Origin: Selaginella moellendorffii
Lineage: Eukaryota > Plantae > Lycopodiophyta
Direction of reading: 5' to 3'
NCBI RefSeq assembly: GCF_000143415.4
Contig: NW_003314337.1
Coordinates: forward strand, 1 to 20,847
DNA: 20,847 bases
Made by a program: the position numbers and the translations under genes. Shown one piece after another: positions 1 to 10,665 of the stretch (position 1 is its first letter; each line of letters opens with the position of its first letter). The notes under the pieces were generated by a model that was not told where the DNA came from, ran no database searches, and was given only the letters and a program-made list of their open reading frames with translations.

Positions 1-3000
1 CTTGTGATGGCAGGGTCTCTGAAAAGAGCAAATCCCACTCTGGACGAGGACGTCGTTCTAATTCGTGCATTTAAGGACAGTAACCTTCCCAAGTTTCTAG
101 CTCAGGACGTTCATCTTTTTCTTGCTATTATTAGCGAGGCGTTTTCCTGGAGTGGTCATCCCAGAACAAGATTTTGGCGATCTCCAGGCCTCTATTGAGA
201 AGTGTCTAGTAGAAGCTGGACTTCAACCAGTACCAGCTTATGTTATTAAGGTCATTCAGCTGTATGAGACAATGAATGTGAGATTTGGGGTGATGGCTGT
301 CGGTCCCACAGGTGGAGGCAAAACTTCGTGCTACAAAACACTACAGTTAGCTATGACCAAGCTCCGGATTGCGAAGCATACGAACCAGTCATTTCAAATC
401 ACTCACTCTTACGTTCTCAATCCCAAGTGTATAAAGATGGGTGAGCTCTATGGAGAGTACAACCTTATGACAAACGAGTGGACTGATGGTCTTGCCAGTA
501 CAATAATGAGAATGTGCGTGGCTGATACAACGATGGAGAGAAAGTGGGTTGTTTTCGATGGGCCAGTTGATGCCATATGGATAGAAAACATGAACACCGT
601 ACTTGACGACAACTGTATTTTGTGTCTGCCCAACGGAGAACGTATTAAATTAAATCCGACCACAATGAGAATGTTGTTTGAAGTGCAGGACCTGGCTGTG
701 GCATCTCCTGCAACTGTGAGTAGATGTGGGATGGTTTACGTCCCGCCTGAAGAGCTTGGATGGCGTCCATATGTCATGTCGTGGATGCAGAGATTGCCCA
801 AAGCTTGGAACGTGACACCTGAAGACATTCCAGAGCCTGTTACCGAGCTTATATGGAAAAATTTCGATACGTATGTTGACANNNNNNNNNNNNNNNNNNN
901 NNNNNNNNNNNNNNNNNNNNNNNNNNNNNNNNNNNNNNNNNNNNNNNNNNNNNNNNNNNNNNNNNNNNNNNNNNNNNNNNNNNNNNNNNNNNNNNNNNNN
1001 NNNNNNNNNNNNNNNNNNNNNNNNNNNNNNNNNNNNNNNNNNNNNNNNNNNNNNNNNNNNNNNNNNNNNNNNNNNNNNNNNNNNNNNNNNNNNNNNNNNN
1101 NNNNNNNNNNNNNNNNNNNNNNNNNNNNNNNNNNNNNNNNNNNNNNNNNNNNNNNNNNNNNNNNNNNNNNNNNNNNNNNNNNNNNNNNNNNNNNNNNNNN
1201 NNNNNNNNNNNNNNNNNNNNNNNNNNNNNNNNNNNNNNNNNNNNNNNNNNNNNNNNNNNNNNNNNNNNNNNNGCCTACTCAAGACAGCACGAGGATGGGC
1301 TTTTTGATGGAAGTAAATTTGGAGGTAGATCGAGCAGTGTTGTTTCAGGGCGTCTCTGGAGCAGGAAAGAGTGCTATTATTTACGACCTTTTGAATAGGT
1401 TACGTGAAAACAAAAACTGTGTGTCGATAGTTCTTAACTTCAGTGCTCAGACAACGAGTATTGCTACCCAGGCAGGCACATTTTCTTCCTTTCATTAGTT
1501 ATGACTGTCCTCAACCTTGGTTTTTCCTGTAGGAAGCTATTGAAAGTAAACTAGAAAAAAAGCGGAAAACGCGATATGGAGCACCGGTCGGGAAAAAAAT
1601 TGTTTGCTTTGTTGATGATGTTAACATGCCAGCGAAGGAACGCTATGGAGCTCAACCTCCCATTGAGCTTCTCCGGCAGTTCCTTGACTTTAAAGGATTT
1701 TATGACCGGCTGCAGTTATTTTGGAAGGACATTGAGGATATGACTTTAGTCTCTGCATGTGCACCCCCAGGAGGTGGAAGGAACGAAGTGAGTTATAAAA
1801 AGTCCTTTATGTTATTTTCCATCTGAGCCCTCCCTTGCAGGTTACGCCTAGATACTTCAGGCACTTTACAATGTTATGTGTTCAACCTCCCTCAGAGACT
1901 GCTTTACGCACCATCTTTGGTGCCATTTTAGGTGGATTCTTGCAGCTCTTCTCTGCAGAATGCAAGCAATATCAGAAGCCGATAGTAGAGTGCACAATCG
2001 AAGTTTATGTCCGAATGAGCCAAGAACTTCTTCCAACACCCGCGAAGTCCCACTACACTTTCAACCTTCGCGATGTGTCAAAGGTTTTTCAGGTGCAGTC
2101 CTGGGGAAATACTGCCTTGGATATAACAAGCGTCTGACTTTGCAGGGCATCCTGATGGTTAAGCCTGGCGATTGTAACACAAAAAAAGCTCTTCGTGGCC
2201 TGTGGGTGCATGAGTGCATGCGAGTGTTTCACGATCGGCTTATCAATGCAGAGGACAGAAGCTATTTTACACAGATGCTCCATGATCTCATGAAGAGAAG
2301 CCTTGAAGAAAATGCGACGCACCAAGAAGTTTTTGAGGATAAGACTTTGATGTATGGAGATTACATAAGGCCAGGGGTTGCACCTGAGGATCGTAGATAT
2401 GAGCTGGTAAGCACTATAAAATTGACAGTAAGATAACGAATATCTATCGTAGGTTCAAGATCCACCAAAACTTGGACTCCTTTTCAAGGATTATCTGGAG
2501 GACTACAATATGACCACAACGAACATCATGAGGCTAGTATTTTTTAAGGATGCCATTGAGCATGTCTCCCGCATTGCTAGGATACTAAGGCAACCTCGAG
2601 GAAACGCTATGCTTGTGGGTGTTGGAGGTTCTGGGAAGCAGAGCCTTACACGGTTTGCAGCATTTCTTGCGGAATTTAAGTGCTTTCAGATTGAACTTAA
2701 AAAGGGATACAACATGAATGATTTTAGGGAGGATCTCAAGAAGCTCTATAAGCTTACAGGTAAGAGTTAGTCCTTCAGGAGTGATAATTCAGCCTCATCC
2801 TTCAGGTGTCGAAGGCAACTCAGCCGTATTCTTGTTCACCGACACACAAATAGTTAATGAGGGGTTTGTCGAGGATATAAACAATCTGCTTAATTCTGGA
2901 GAGGTTCCTGGATTATATGCTTCGGACGAAAAGGACCGGATATCAGCAGATATGCGTGAGCATGTGAGCAAACTGGGACTGCCAGAGACGAAAGACGTCC

Positions 3001-6000
3001 TATATTCTTCTTTTATAAACCGCACAAGGGATAACCTTCACGTTGTGCTATGCATGAGTCCTATTGGTGACGCCTTCAGAGCAAGATGCCGTCAGTTTCC
3101 TTCGCTAATCAATTGCTGCACCATCGACTGGTTCAACGAGTGGCCCGAAGAAGCATTATTGTCCGTTAGTCAACATTTTTTGGCTCCTGTTGATCTGTCT
3201 TCAGACGAGGTATCAAATAATAATGTTAAACCTTTCTATATTGATAGTTTTTACTCAGATTAGGGCCAAGGTTGCCAAAATTTGCGTAGAGATTCATATA
3301 TCAGTCTCCAATGCCGCAGACAAGTTTTACCAGGAGCTTCGCAGAAAGTATTATATTACACCGAAGTCGTATCTGGATTGTGTTAATCTCTACATACAAC
3401 TTTTAGCTGACAAGCGGCAAGAATCATATGTAGCTGAAGATCGATTCAATAATGGCCTATACAAGCTCAAAGAGACTAATGAGCTTATTGATGGCATGAA
3501 AATTGATTTAAATAAGCTGCAGCCAATCCTTGCCGAGAAAGCAGAGGCAACCGCAAAGCTACTTGCTCAAGTCGCTCGCGATCAAGAAAGTGCACAAAAG
3601 GTTAAAATTTATAGTTTTTTTTTCCGTAATTCATTTTCTGTTTCCGTTAGGTGAAAGAAGTTGTTCAAACAGAAGAAGCTGATGTCAAGTCTCAAGCAGA
3701 GGCAACTCAGCTAATCAAAGATGATGCCCAGAAGGACCTGGATGCTGCTATGCCGGCTCTTAACGCAGCTGTTCAAGCACTGAATTCTCTAAACAAGAAT
3801 GACATAACGGAAATAAAATCATTTACCAAGCCACCACCTTTAGTGCTTCTCACAATGGAAGGAGTTTGTGTTTTGCTTGGAGAGAAGCCTGATTGGGACA
3901 CTTCAAAAAAGGTTCGTTTAACATATGCATGACCTCTTATTTTTTAGGTGGACAATTGCTGCAGGTCATGAGTGACGTTCAGTTTATTAAAAGGCTTATA
4001 GAGTATGACAAAGACGCGATTACACCTCTAATACAAAAAAAGCTTGTTAGATACATAGAGGATCCCAATTTTTTACCGGAAATTGTGCAAAAACAAAGCG
4101 CGGCAGCAACAAGTCTTTGCATGTGGGTTCGTGCAATGGATGTATACGCCAAAGTCGCAAAAGTGGTCGCTCCAAAAAAAGAGGTACAATCTGGAATTTT
4201 AACTGTTCATACTAATTTACCATTCATCATAGACACTGAGGAAAGCGGAAGAAGCTTTAAAAATAGCGGCTGAGAAGCTTGCCTCCAAGCAGAAGCAACT
4301 CGCGGATGTGGAAGCACAAGTGGAAGTTCTCAAAAAGAATCTACAAAACACGGAAGCTGAGCAGAAAGCCCTACAAGATCAAGCTGCACTCACAGAAAAC
4401 CGTCTCGTCAGAGCAGGGAAATTGACTTCCGCTTTGGCAGATGAATCGGTAAACTTTTGAGACTTCCCCTATCTTTGTCTTCTATTTAACTTTTTTGTCA
4501 GGTGAGGTGGAGGGAAACTGCGGATGACATTGCCACGAAGAGAATCTTGTTTGTTGGAGACGTTTTCATCTGTGCCGCTTGTATCTCCTACTATGGTGCA
4601 TTCTCTGGGGTCTACAGAGAGGCCCTTGTAAATCAGTGGGTGGCAAGGCTACAGGTTTGTTTTGAGTTTTATTCCTTTCTTATGTTTGAACTCTGTTAAC
4701 GAACCAGGGGGACCAAATTCCAGTCTCCGAGATTTGCTCACTCAGAGCGATATTGTCAACACCTGTTGAAGTGAGAGAATGGAGTATATGGGGCCTTCCT
4801 ACAGATGATGTGTCCGTTGATAATGGAATTCTGGTTACTCGTGGAAAAAGATGGCCTCTGATGATTGACCCACAGGGACAAGCAAATAACTGGGTAAAAG
4901 CCATGGAATCCAAAAATGGCCTACGCGTTTTGAGACTCAACGATCCAAATCTTCTACGAACACTAGAGAGTAGCATCAGGATTGGCAACCCGGTTCTTCT
5001 AGAGGATCTTGGTGACACCATCGATCCATCTCTAGAACCGATTCTTCAGAAGCAGATATTTGAGAAGAAAGGAAGGTTCCTCATAAGGCTTGGGGATACT
5101 GACGTTGACTATGATCCTAATTTTAAATTGTATATGACAACAAAAATGTCAAATCCACATTACATGCCTGACATATGTATTAAGGTGACGCTAGTGAATT
5201 TTACTGTTACAATGAAGGGGCTGGAGGATCAGCTTCTTGGTGATGTGGTGAGAAAGGAAAGAGCAGATTTAGAAGAGCAAAATGACCGTTTAGTGGTGAG
5301 TATAAGTAGTGATAAGAAGCAGCTGAAAGACTTGGAAGACAAAATTTTGAAACTTCTCAAAGAGAGTGAGGGAAACATTCTAGACGATGAAGTGCTTATC
5401 AACACGCTCAACACCTCGAAAGTAACATCTGCTGTGATCCAGAAGCGTGTTAAACAAGCTGAAATCACAGAGAAAGAAATCACTGCTGCTCGTGAACTGT
5501 ACCGTGTGGTTGCAAAGCGAGGTTCCATACTCTATTTTGTGATTTCGGACCTCGCACTGATTGATTCGATGTACCAGTATTCCCTATCTTTCTTTTCTCA
5601 GCTCTTTAATCGATGTATTGATATCAGCGAGAAGGCGGACGAGCTGGACATCCGCCTGGGTATCCTAATCAAGTTCATCACGGAATTCCTTTATGCTAAC
5701 GTGAGTAGAGGACTTTTTGAGGAACACAAGGTGACGTTTTCTTTTCTCATCTGCACTTCCATATTAAGATATGAAGGAGAAATCAGTCCACCAGAATGGA
5801 GCTTTTTCCTGAGAGGAGCCTCGAGCCTGCCAAAAATGAAGCCACCAAATCCAGCTCCAGACATTCTGAGTGAAAAAATGTGGAACGATGTTTGTGCACT
5901 AGAAGATACTTTTAAAGACTATTTTGCAGGGGTTACAAAGGCAATGGCTGACCAAATGTTAGAATGGAAGGCTTTTCTCAAGGTACCCGAGCCCCACAAC

Positions 6001-8251
6001 ACGCCTTTCCCGTCCCATCTGGACGACAGAATTCTGCCATTCCACCGTTTGCTTCTGATGAAGACACTGAGGGAAGAGAAAGTTGTATACGCAGTTGAGA
6101 ACTACATCAGGCTGAAGCTTGGTCCGTCATTTATTGGAAGTAGTCCTTTGCAACTTGAAGAAGTCTTCAAGGATTCCACCAACACAACTCCAGTCATATT
6201 CATTCTGTCTACTGGAGCTGATCCAACAGGAATGCTCCAAAGATTTGCAGAGAAAGTTGACAAAAAGCCAGGAGAACGTCTACATATGATATCCTTGGGA
6301 CAAGGGCAGGGTCCGATTGCGGAGATGCTTATGGCAAAATCAAGAAAAGCAGGAGACTGGGTGTGTTTGCAAAACTGTCATCTGGCAAGCTCGTGGATGA
6401 CCACACTAGAGAGGCTGGTAGAGAAATTTATTCCCGAGAGAGAAGAAATACATCCAGAATTTCGGCTGTGGCTGACATCTCTTCCGAGCAAATACTTTCC
6501 AGTTCCAGTCCTTCAGGTACACCTTTTTCCTTTTGACTTTATATAGTTAATGCCAAGCTGTATACCAGAACGGCATCAAGATCACAAACGAACCTCCCAA
6601 AGGAGTCAGAGCAAACCTTCTACAATCTTATGCAAATATTCCAGAAGATTATATTGAAAACTGTACAAAGAGAGGGCCGTGGAAAAAGCTCGTGTTTTCG
6701 ATCGCTTTCTTTCACGCGGTCATACAAGAGCGAAGGAAGTTTGGGCCTTTGGGCTGGAATGTTAAATACGACTTCAACAGCAGCGACCTAGAGTGTGCAA
6801 TGCAAACATTGCATATGTTTCTGGAGGAGCAAGAAGAAATCCCGTGGCCAGCTCTTTTATATGTAACAGGTGATCAGTGACATATTAAAGGATAAACGTG
6901 CTAAGAGATTTGGGATTTGCAGGCGAAATCACCTATGGAGGACGTGTTACTGATGATTTGGATAGAAGATGCTTATTGAGCACTCTCAGGCGTTACTATG
7001 ACCCCGCTGTTTTATCTGATGAATACGCCTTCACACCATCGAGGACGTACATGTCACCACCCGAAGGAATGTACACCTTCTATGTAGAATACATTAAAAG
7101 GCTCCCAGCGACAGAGGGGCCAGATGTGTTTGGCATGCATGAAAATGCGAATCTCACATTTCAATTGCAAGAAACGTCGAAGGTTTTTAACACAGTTTTA
7201 GGCATTCAGCCGAGGACGACTGCTGTCGCAGCAGGGGGGAAAACACCTGACGAGATTGTATCAGAACTTGCAATGGCCATAGCAGAAAAGCTTCCAGGAC
7301 CCTTGAAACTAGACCCAGAGTCCCCAGCGCTTGTCCTTGGACTAGATGGCCAGCTTACGTCACTGGCCATTGTTTTAACTCAGGTATGTGAGTTAGTATA
7401 GTTACCAAAGAATTAATGACTATGCAGGAATCGGAGCGTTTTAATAAATTGCTGAAGGTTATTACCTTCACACTCTTGGAGCTACAACGGGCCATCAAAG
7501 GTTTAGTTGTTATGTCTGCGGAGCTTGAGAGCATGTTCAACAATTTTCTCAATAATCAAGTTCCGGCACTATGGCAAGCCGTCGCTTATCCGTCCCTGAA
7601 GCCACTGTCATCATGGATTATCGATTTTCATAAGCGCATGGAGTTTATGTCAACTTGGATAAAAGAAGGAACCCCTAAATGCTTCTGGTTACCAGGCTTC
7701 TTCTTCCCTCAGGTATTTACTAAATTAATGTAATAAATCTTATCTACTGAGCTCAGGGCTTTATGACGGGAGCATTGCAAACGCATGCAAGGAAGTATCA
7801 GATACCAATCGATACCCTTAATTTTGGCTTCAAAGTGATGACAATGGAAGATTTGGATGAGGTTGACGTTCCTCCAGAGGATGGGGTGTACATAAGCGGC
7901 TTGTTTTTGGATGGAGCAAGGTGGGATAGAAAGCACAGGTGGCTAACGGAGGCATTGCCAGGTATTCTTGCCTTTTTCTTTTTTCTTATTTACTACTCGA
8001 TGTTTTTGAATGTAGGAAAAATGCACTCCAAATTACCAGTGGTTCATTTTATTCCTGTTGTTAACTACAAGCCCCCAGCGGATGAGTATCAATGTCCACT
8101 TTATAAAACACATGTAAGGGCAGGAGTGCTGACGACCACTGGTGCATCCTCGAATTACATTCTCAACATAAGCTTAAGAATAAGCCCAGAAACAAATCCA
8201 GACTACTGGGTGTTGCAAGGAATTGCAGGCCTGTGCCTATTGGGAGATTAG
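1..8251 (+). CDS. DNAH6: Axonemal dynein heavy chain, single-headed inner-arm DNAH6-like; 5'-partial (end of AAA1, AAA2-AAA4, stalk/MTBD, AAA5, AAA6, C-terminal domain), spliced
   Basis: Motifs: DSNLPKF; AAA2 Walker A GPTGGGKT; WVVFDGPVDAIWIENMNTVLDDN; AAA3 GVSGAGKS and FVDDVNMP..YGAQPPIELLRQ; LLPTPAKSHYTFNLRD; AAA4 GVGGSGKQS; MTBD ITEIKSFTKPP; AAA5 RWPLMIDPQGQA; AAA6 ISLGQGQG..WVCLQNCHLA; FWLPGFFFPQGF; YQCPLYKT; stop TAG 8249-8251. Hand-spliced, phase-consistent exons: <1-1471 (includes gap 882-1272 and a +1 shift near 142), 1533-1787, 1841-2092, 2146-2406, 2453-2759, 2806-3209, 3259-3600, 3651-3911, 3965-4183, 4233-4448, 4502-4654, 4708-6516, 6569-6869, 6923-7383, 7428-7712, 7757-7961, 8016-8251. 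The DNAH6 subfamily call rests on recalled similarity (FYDRxxLFWKxIxD, ACAPPGGGRN, TGEITYGGRVTD) and is less certain than the family call. Confidence 0.96.
882..1272. other. Assembly gap (391 N) inside the dynein gene
   Basis: Run of N. Confidence 1.
1472..1532 (+). other. Non-canonical GC-AG intron (61 nt, phase 0) in the dynein gene
   Basis: ACC CAG|GCAGGC...TTTTCCTGTAG|GAA GCT ATT joins NFSAQTTSIATQ to EAIESKLEKKRK. The unspliced frame stops at 1496-1498, and no GT donor preserves both the frame and the conserved spacing. Confidence 0.8.
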
Positions 8252-8672
8252 TCAGCCAATATATTATTTTTCAACCTAATTGAGGGTTCAGGTGCTTAAG
8301 CGTTGCGAATTGGCTAGGGATTGGTCTTTGAGGACCCTGATTTAATCCTGGGAGATAGAAACAAGTTTTCCTAACATAGAACAAGTGTTCAAAGCTTTGT
8401 TCTATGCCTTTGCTTTAAAGGAACTGTCTTTGGATCTTCATTCTCTATATTTAGATGACTATACAATTTTTTTTGCATGATTGCAAGCACATCAAAATAT
8501 GCAATGAGAACATCCTATTGGAGGATGGAGATAGAGCTCACCTCTGGGAATTCCCCCCGCCCCTACTTTACTCTAGCTAGGGTAGTTTCCACCGTCCCTC
8601 CAGTGTTGAGCTGGAAGGATGATTGTTGTCAGCATACTACTATCGAGGCTCGAACCTCAAGCTTATTTGTAG

Positions 8673-8762
8673 AAGCCACCACAGCCGCCACAGCCACTGC
8701 AGCCACTGCACCCCCTCCATCGCCACCATCACCACCATGCCCACCATCCCCACCATCCCCGT
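8673..8762. repeat. Low-complexity degenerate trinucleotide tract (GCC/ACC/CCA-rich)
   Basis: agccaccacagccgccacagccactgcagccactgcaccccctccatcgccaccatcaccaccatgcccaccatccccaccatcccc. It accounts for the A/T/P-rich and G/D-rich ORFs on both strands. Confidence 0.8.
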
Positions 8763-9182
8763 CAGCGTACTCGCCATAGCTGCTAGACGTATCCCACACT
8801 CCTAAGCCTGGCAAAAAGAATCATGCATTAGTTGCTCTTGTTATAGCAAGAGACATTTGATGTGGCAAAGATGCCCCTTGCCAAATGGAACTTCTGACTG
8901 GTGGTCGCAAGGAGAAGACACATGTAAGTTGGAAAGACAAATAACACAAGGAAGAAAGTGCATACAGATGGCAGTTTGATAGCAGCATTAGATTGAGATG
9001 GCAGTGTTTATTTTTTTAGATTGGAAGTTCTACAGTACAAGAAACTAACATTTTGATGGCTAAACATTATGTTGGTAAAGGCAATATATATCATCATCAT
9101 CATCAAACTCATATATTTAAACGAAAGAGCCGGTATAATAATAGCATATGCTGGCGTCACTTATTCTGGGCATATGCCAAAA

Positions 9183-9192
9183 TCTAACGGCT
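9183..9192 (+). promoter_or_regulatory. MSA-like element (TCTAACGGCT) within an AATCT...AGATT inverted pair
   Basis: Matches the plant YCYAACGGYY consensus and lies about 110 bp upstream of a (CT)n tract typical of plant 5' UTRs. Function is untested. Confidence 0.3.
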
Positions 9193-9299
9193 GAGATTAA
9201 ACAATGGGGGGTCGTGACTTTTGGGATCATAAAAACTTTTAATTGTCTTTTAGGGCGCGTGAGCACGAGGAGAGAGCGTCGATCATCGCTTGTGGGAAG

Positions 9300-9302
<3 letters not shown>

Positions 9303-9350
<48 letters not shown>

Positions 9351-9364
9351 GTGTGTGTGTGTGT
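9303..9364. repeat. Compound microsatellite (CT)~21 followed by (GT)~7
   Basis: Read directly from the sequence. Confidence 0.97.
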
Positions 9365-9489
9365 TTGATGCGGTCTTCATTGCAGAGCACCTCAGAGCTA
9401 CAGTCAGCTGTACGTGAAGATCTGAAGCTTCTACCGATTGAAAAGCTCAGCAAACCGTTGTCAATGGCCATGCGCCGGAAAAATGACAG

Positions 9490-9640
9490 TCTTTTTTCGA
9501 GACTCTCAAGCCCCTATTTGTTCCAGGTTCTCGAGGCTGGAACCACGACTAGAATCAAGGTTTTTCACTCTGTTGCTTTTTGCTATTCTCTTTCGAGGCT
9601 TAAAGTTCCTGTTTGTGCCAGGTGCTCGAGGCTGGAACCA
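9490..9640 (+). repeat. ~95-bp tandem unit (about 1.6 copies) containing a GC-rich hairpin followed by CTAG; sister copy at 17314-17452
   Basis: gttccag-gttctcgagg-ctggaac at 9520-9543, CTAG at 9549-9552, and a variant gtgccag...ctggaac at 9615-9638 (period 95), followed by A13 at 9645-9657. Confidence 0.9.
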
Positions 9641-9669
9641 AGAGAAAAAAAAAAAAATTCGTCCCTGTA

Positions 9670-9700
9670 CTTCTCCTCGGGACAGCCACAGCTCCACGGC
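9670..9700 (+). pseudogene. 31-bp remnant of the kelch exon (SPRDSHSSTA)
   Basis: cttctcctcgggacagccacagctccacggc is identical to 17539-17569 in the kelch pseudogene. Confidence 0.85.
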
Positions 9701-10615
9701 TCCATGGCTATTGGCCCCATGCATTTCACAGTCATCTCTACAGAACACGACTGGAGCTCGACCAGCAAACAAGTATGCATTCTTATTCTTTTCATCTTTC
9801 CTTCAACGAAACCTTCTTCTACAGTACGCTTGGATGAAATCTGACCTTGAATCTGTCGGCACATTCAGTACACCATGGATAGTTTTCACAGGGTAACTGT
9901 TTTTATTCACATTTTCATTCTGTAAACTCATGTGTGCTATTTTTCTTTCAGTCATCGACCTATGTACTCCACTCAACTGCGGGGGATTTATTTCTAAACT
10001 TTACCAGGTGTGGATCCGAAATTTGTAGCAGCTGTGGAACCATTGCTCTTGAGAAACAAGGTAAAACACGAGCTCTTCAAAGGGAAAACTAGAATGAAAC
10101 TGTCTTTTTTCTTTTTTCTTTTTTTTTTTGCACAGGTTGATTTAGCAGTGTGGGGGCATGTTCACAATTACCTGCGAACTTGTGCTGTGTTTCAGGGCGC
10201 TGCCTGCAGCACCCGATCAAGGATTTAGCGGGCGTCGATTTCTTTGACACTACAATTTACTCAGCTCCAGTTCACACCGTGGTTGGCATGGCTGAATTCA
10301 CCTTGGATGACTTCCCTCATAATGTAAGCTTGCAGCTTTGTTTCCTATATTCAAGCTCTTTATATGGTATTGATATTCTACCTTTTCTATTTTTTTTGTC
10401 GACAGTTTAGTTCATGGAGCTTGATTCGAAGGTCGGCATTTGGATATGCAAGAGTGACAGCCGATAAGACAAAGCTACTGTTTGAGGTAGATGAATTGCA
10501 TTCTTGGTTCTTGCATGTTATTTATTTATTTTTCATTCCAGTACATTACAACGGACGGACAGTAGCTGACCGATTTAAAATTGCCAAGCTAGATTGGGGA
10601 TTTTCCAGGCCATGA
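9701..10615 (+). pseudogene. 5'-truncated purple acid phosphatase (large plant PAP / nucleotide pyrophosphatase-phosphodiesterase type), introns retained, disabled
   Basis: Exons 9701-9772 (SMAIGPMHFTVISTEHDW), 9825-9892 (YAWMKSDLESV..TPWIVFTG), 9952-10060 (HRPMYS..VEPLLLRNK, in-frame TAA 9995-9997), 10136-10323 (VDLAVWGHVHNY with the GHxH metal motif, frameshift near 10198), 10406-10486 (WSLIRRSAFGYARV), 10542-10615 (frameshift near 10560). Introns are GT-AG. Confidence 0.9.
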
Positions 10616-10665
10616 ACGATTTCAAGCTTTACAAGTTCAATAGTTGGCTTGTAAAGCTTGCTGAT

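Noticed and set aside
650-1307. ORFs dominated by X (also at 16372-17325 and 19085-19699)
   Set aside because: Artefacts of translating N gaps.
3941-3947. Alternative acceptor TTTTTAG in dynein intron 3912-3964
   Set aside because: It lies 17 nt upstream of the in-frame acceptor and would shift the frame.
448-7936. Minus-strand ORFs opposite the dynein exons
   Set aside because: Antisense shadows of a conserved coding strand, with no motifs of their own.
8477-8814. Pro/Ala-rich and Gly/Asp-rich short ORFs
   Set aside because: Explained by the low-complexity trinucleotide tract; no recognisable domain.
9117-9471. ORFs containing RERERE or SLSLSL runs
   Set aside because: Translations of the (CT)n microsatellite.
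9490-9640. Palindromic repeat read as a CRISPR-like array
   Set aside because: Eukaryotic context, the inter-hairpin sequence is itself repeated rather than forming unique spacers, fewer than two units per site, and no cas genes.
9645-9657. A13 as a retroposon poly(A) tail
   Set aside because: No TSD or polyadenylation signal is evident, and adjacent fragments retain introns, which argues for DNA-level capture.
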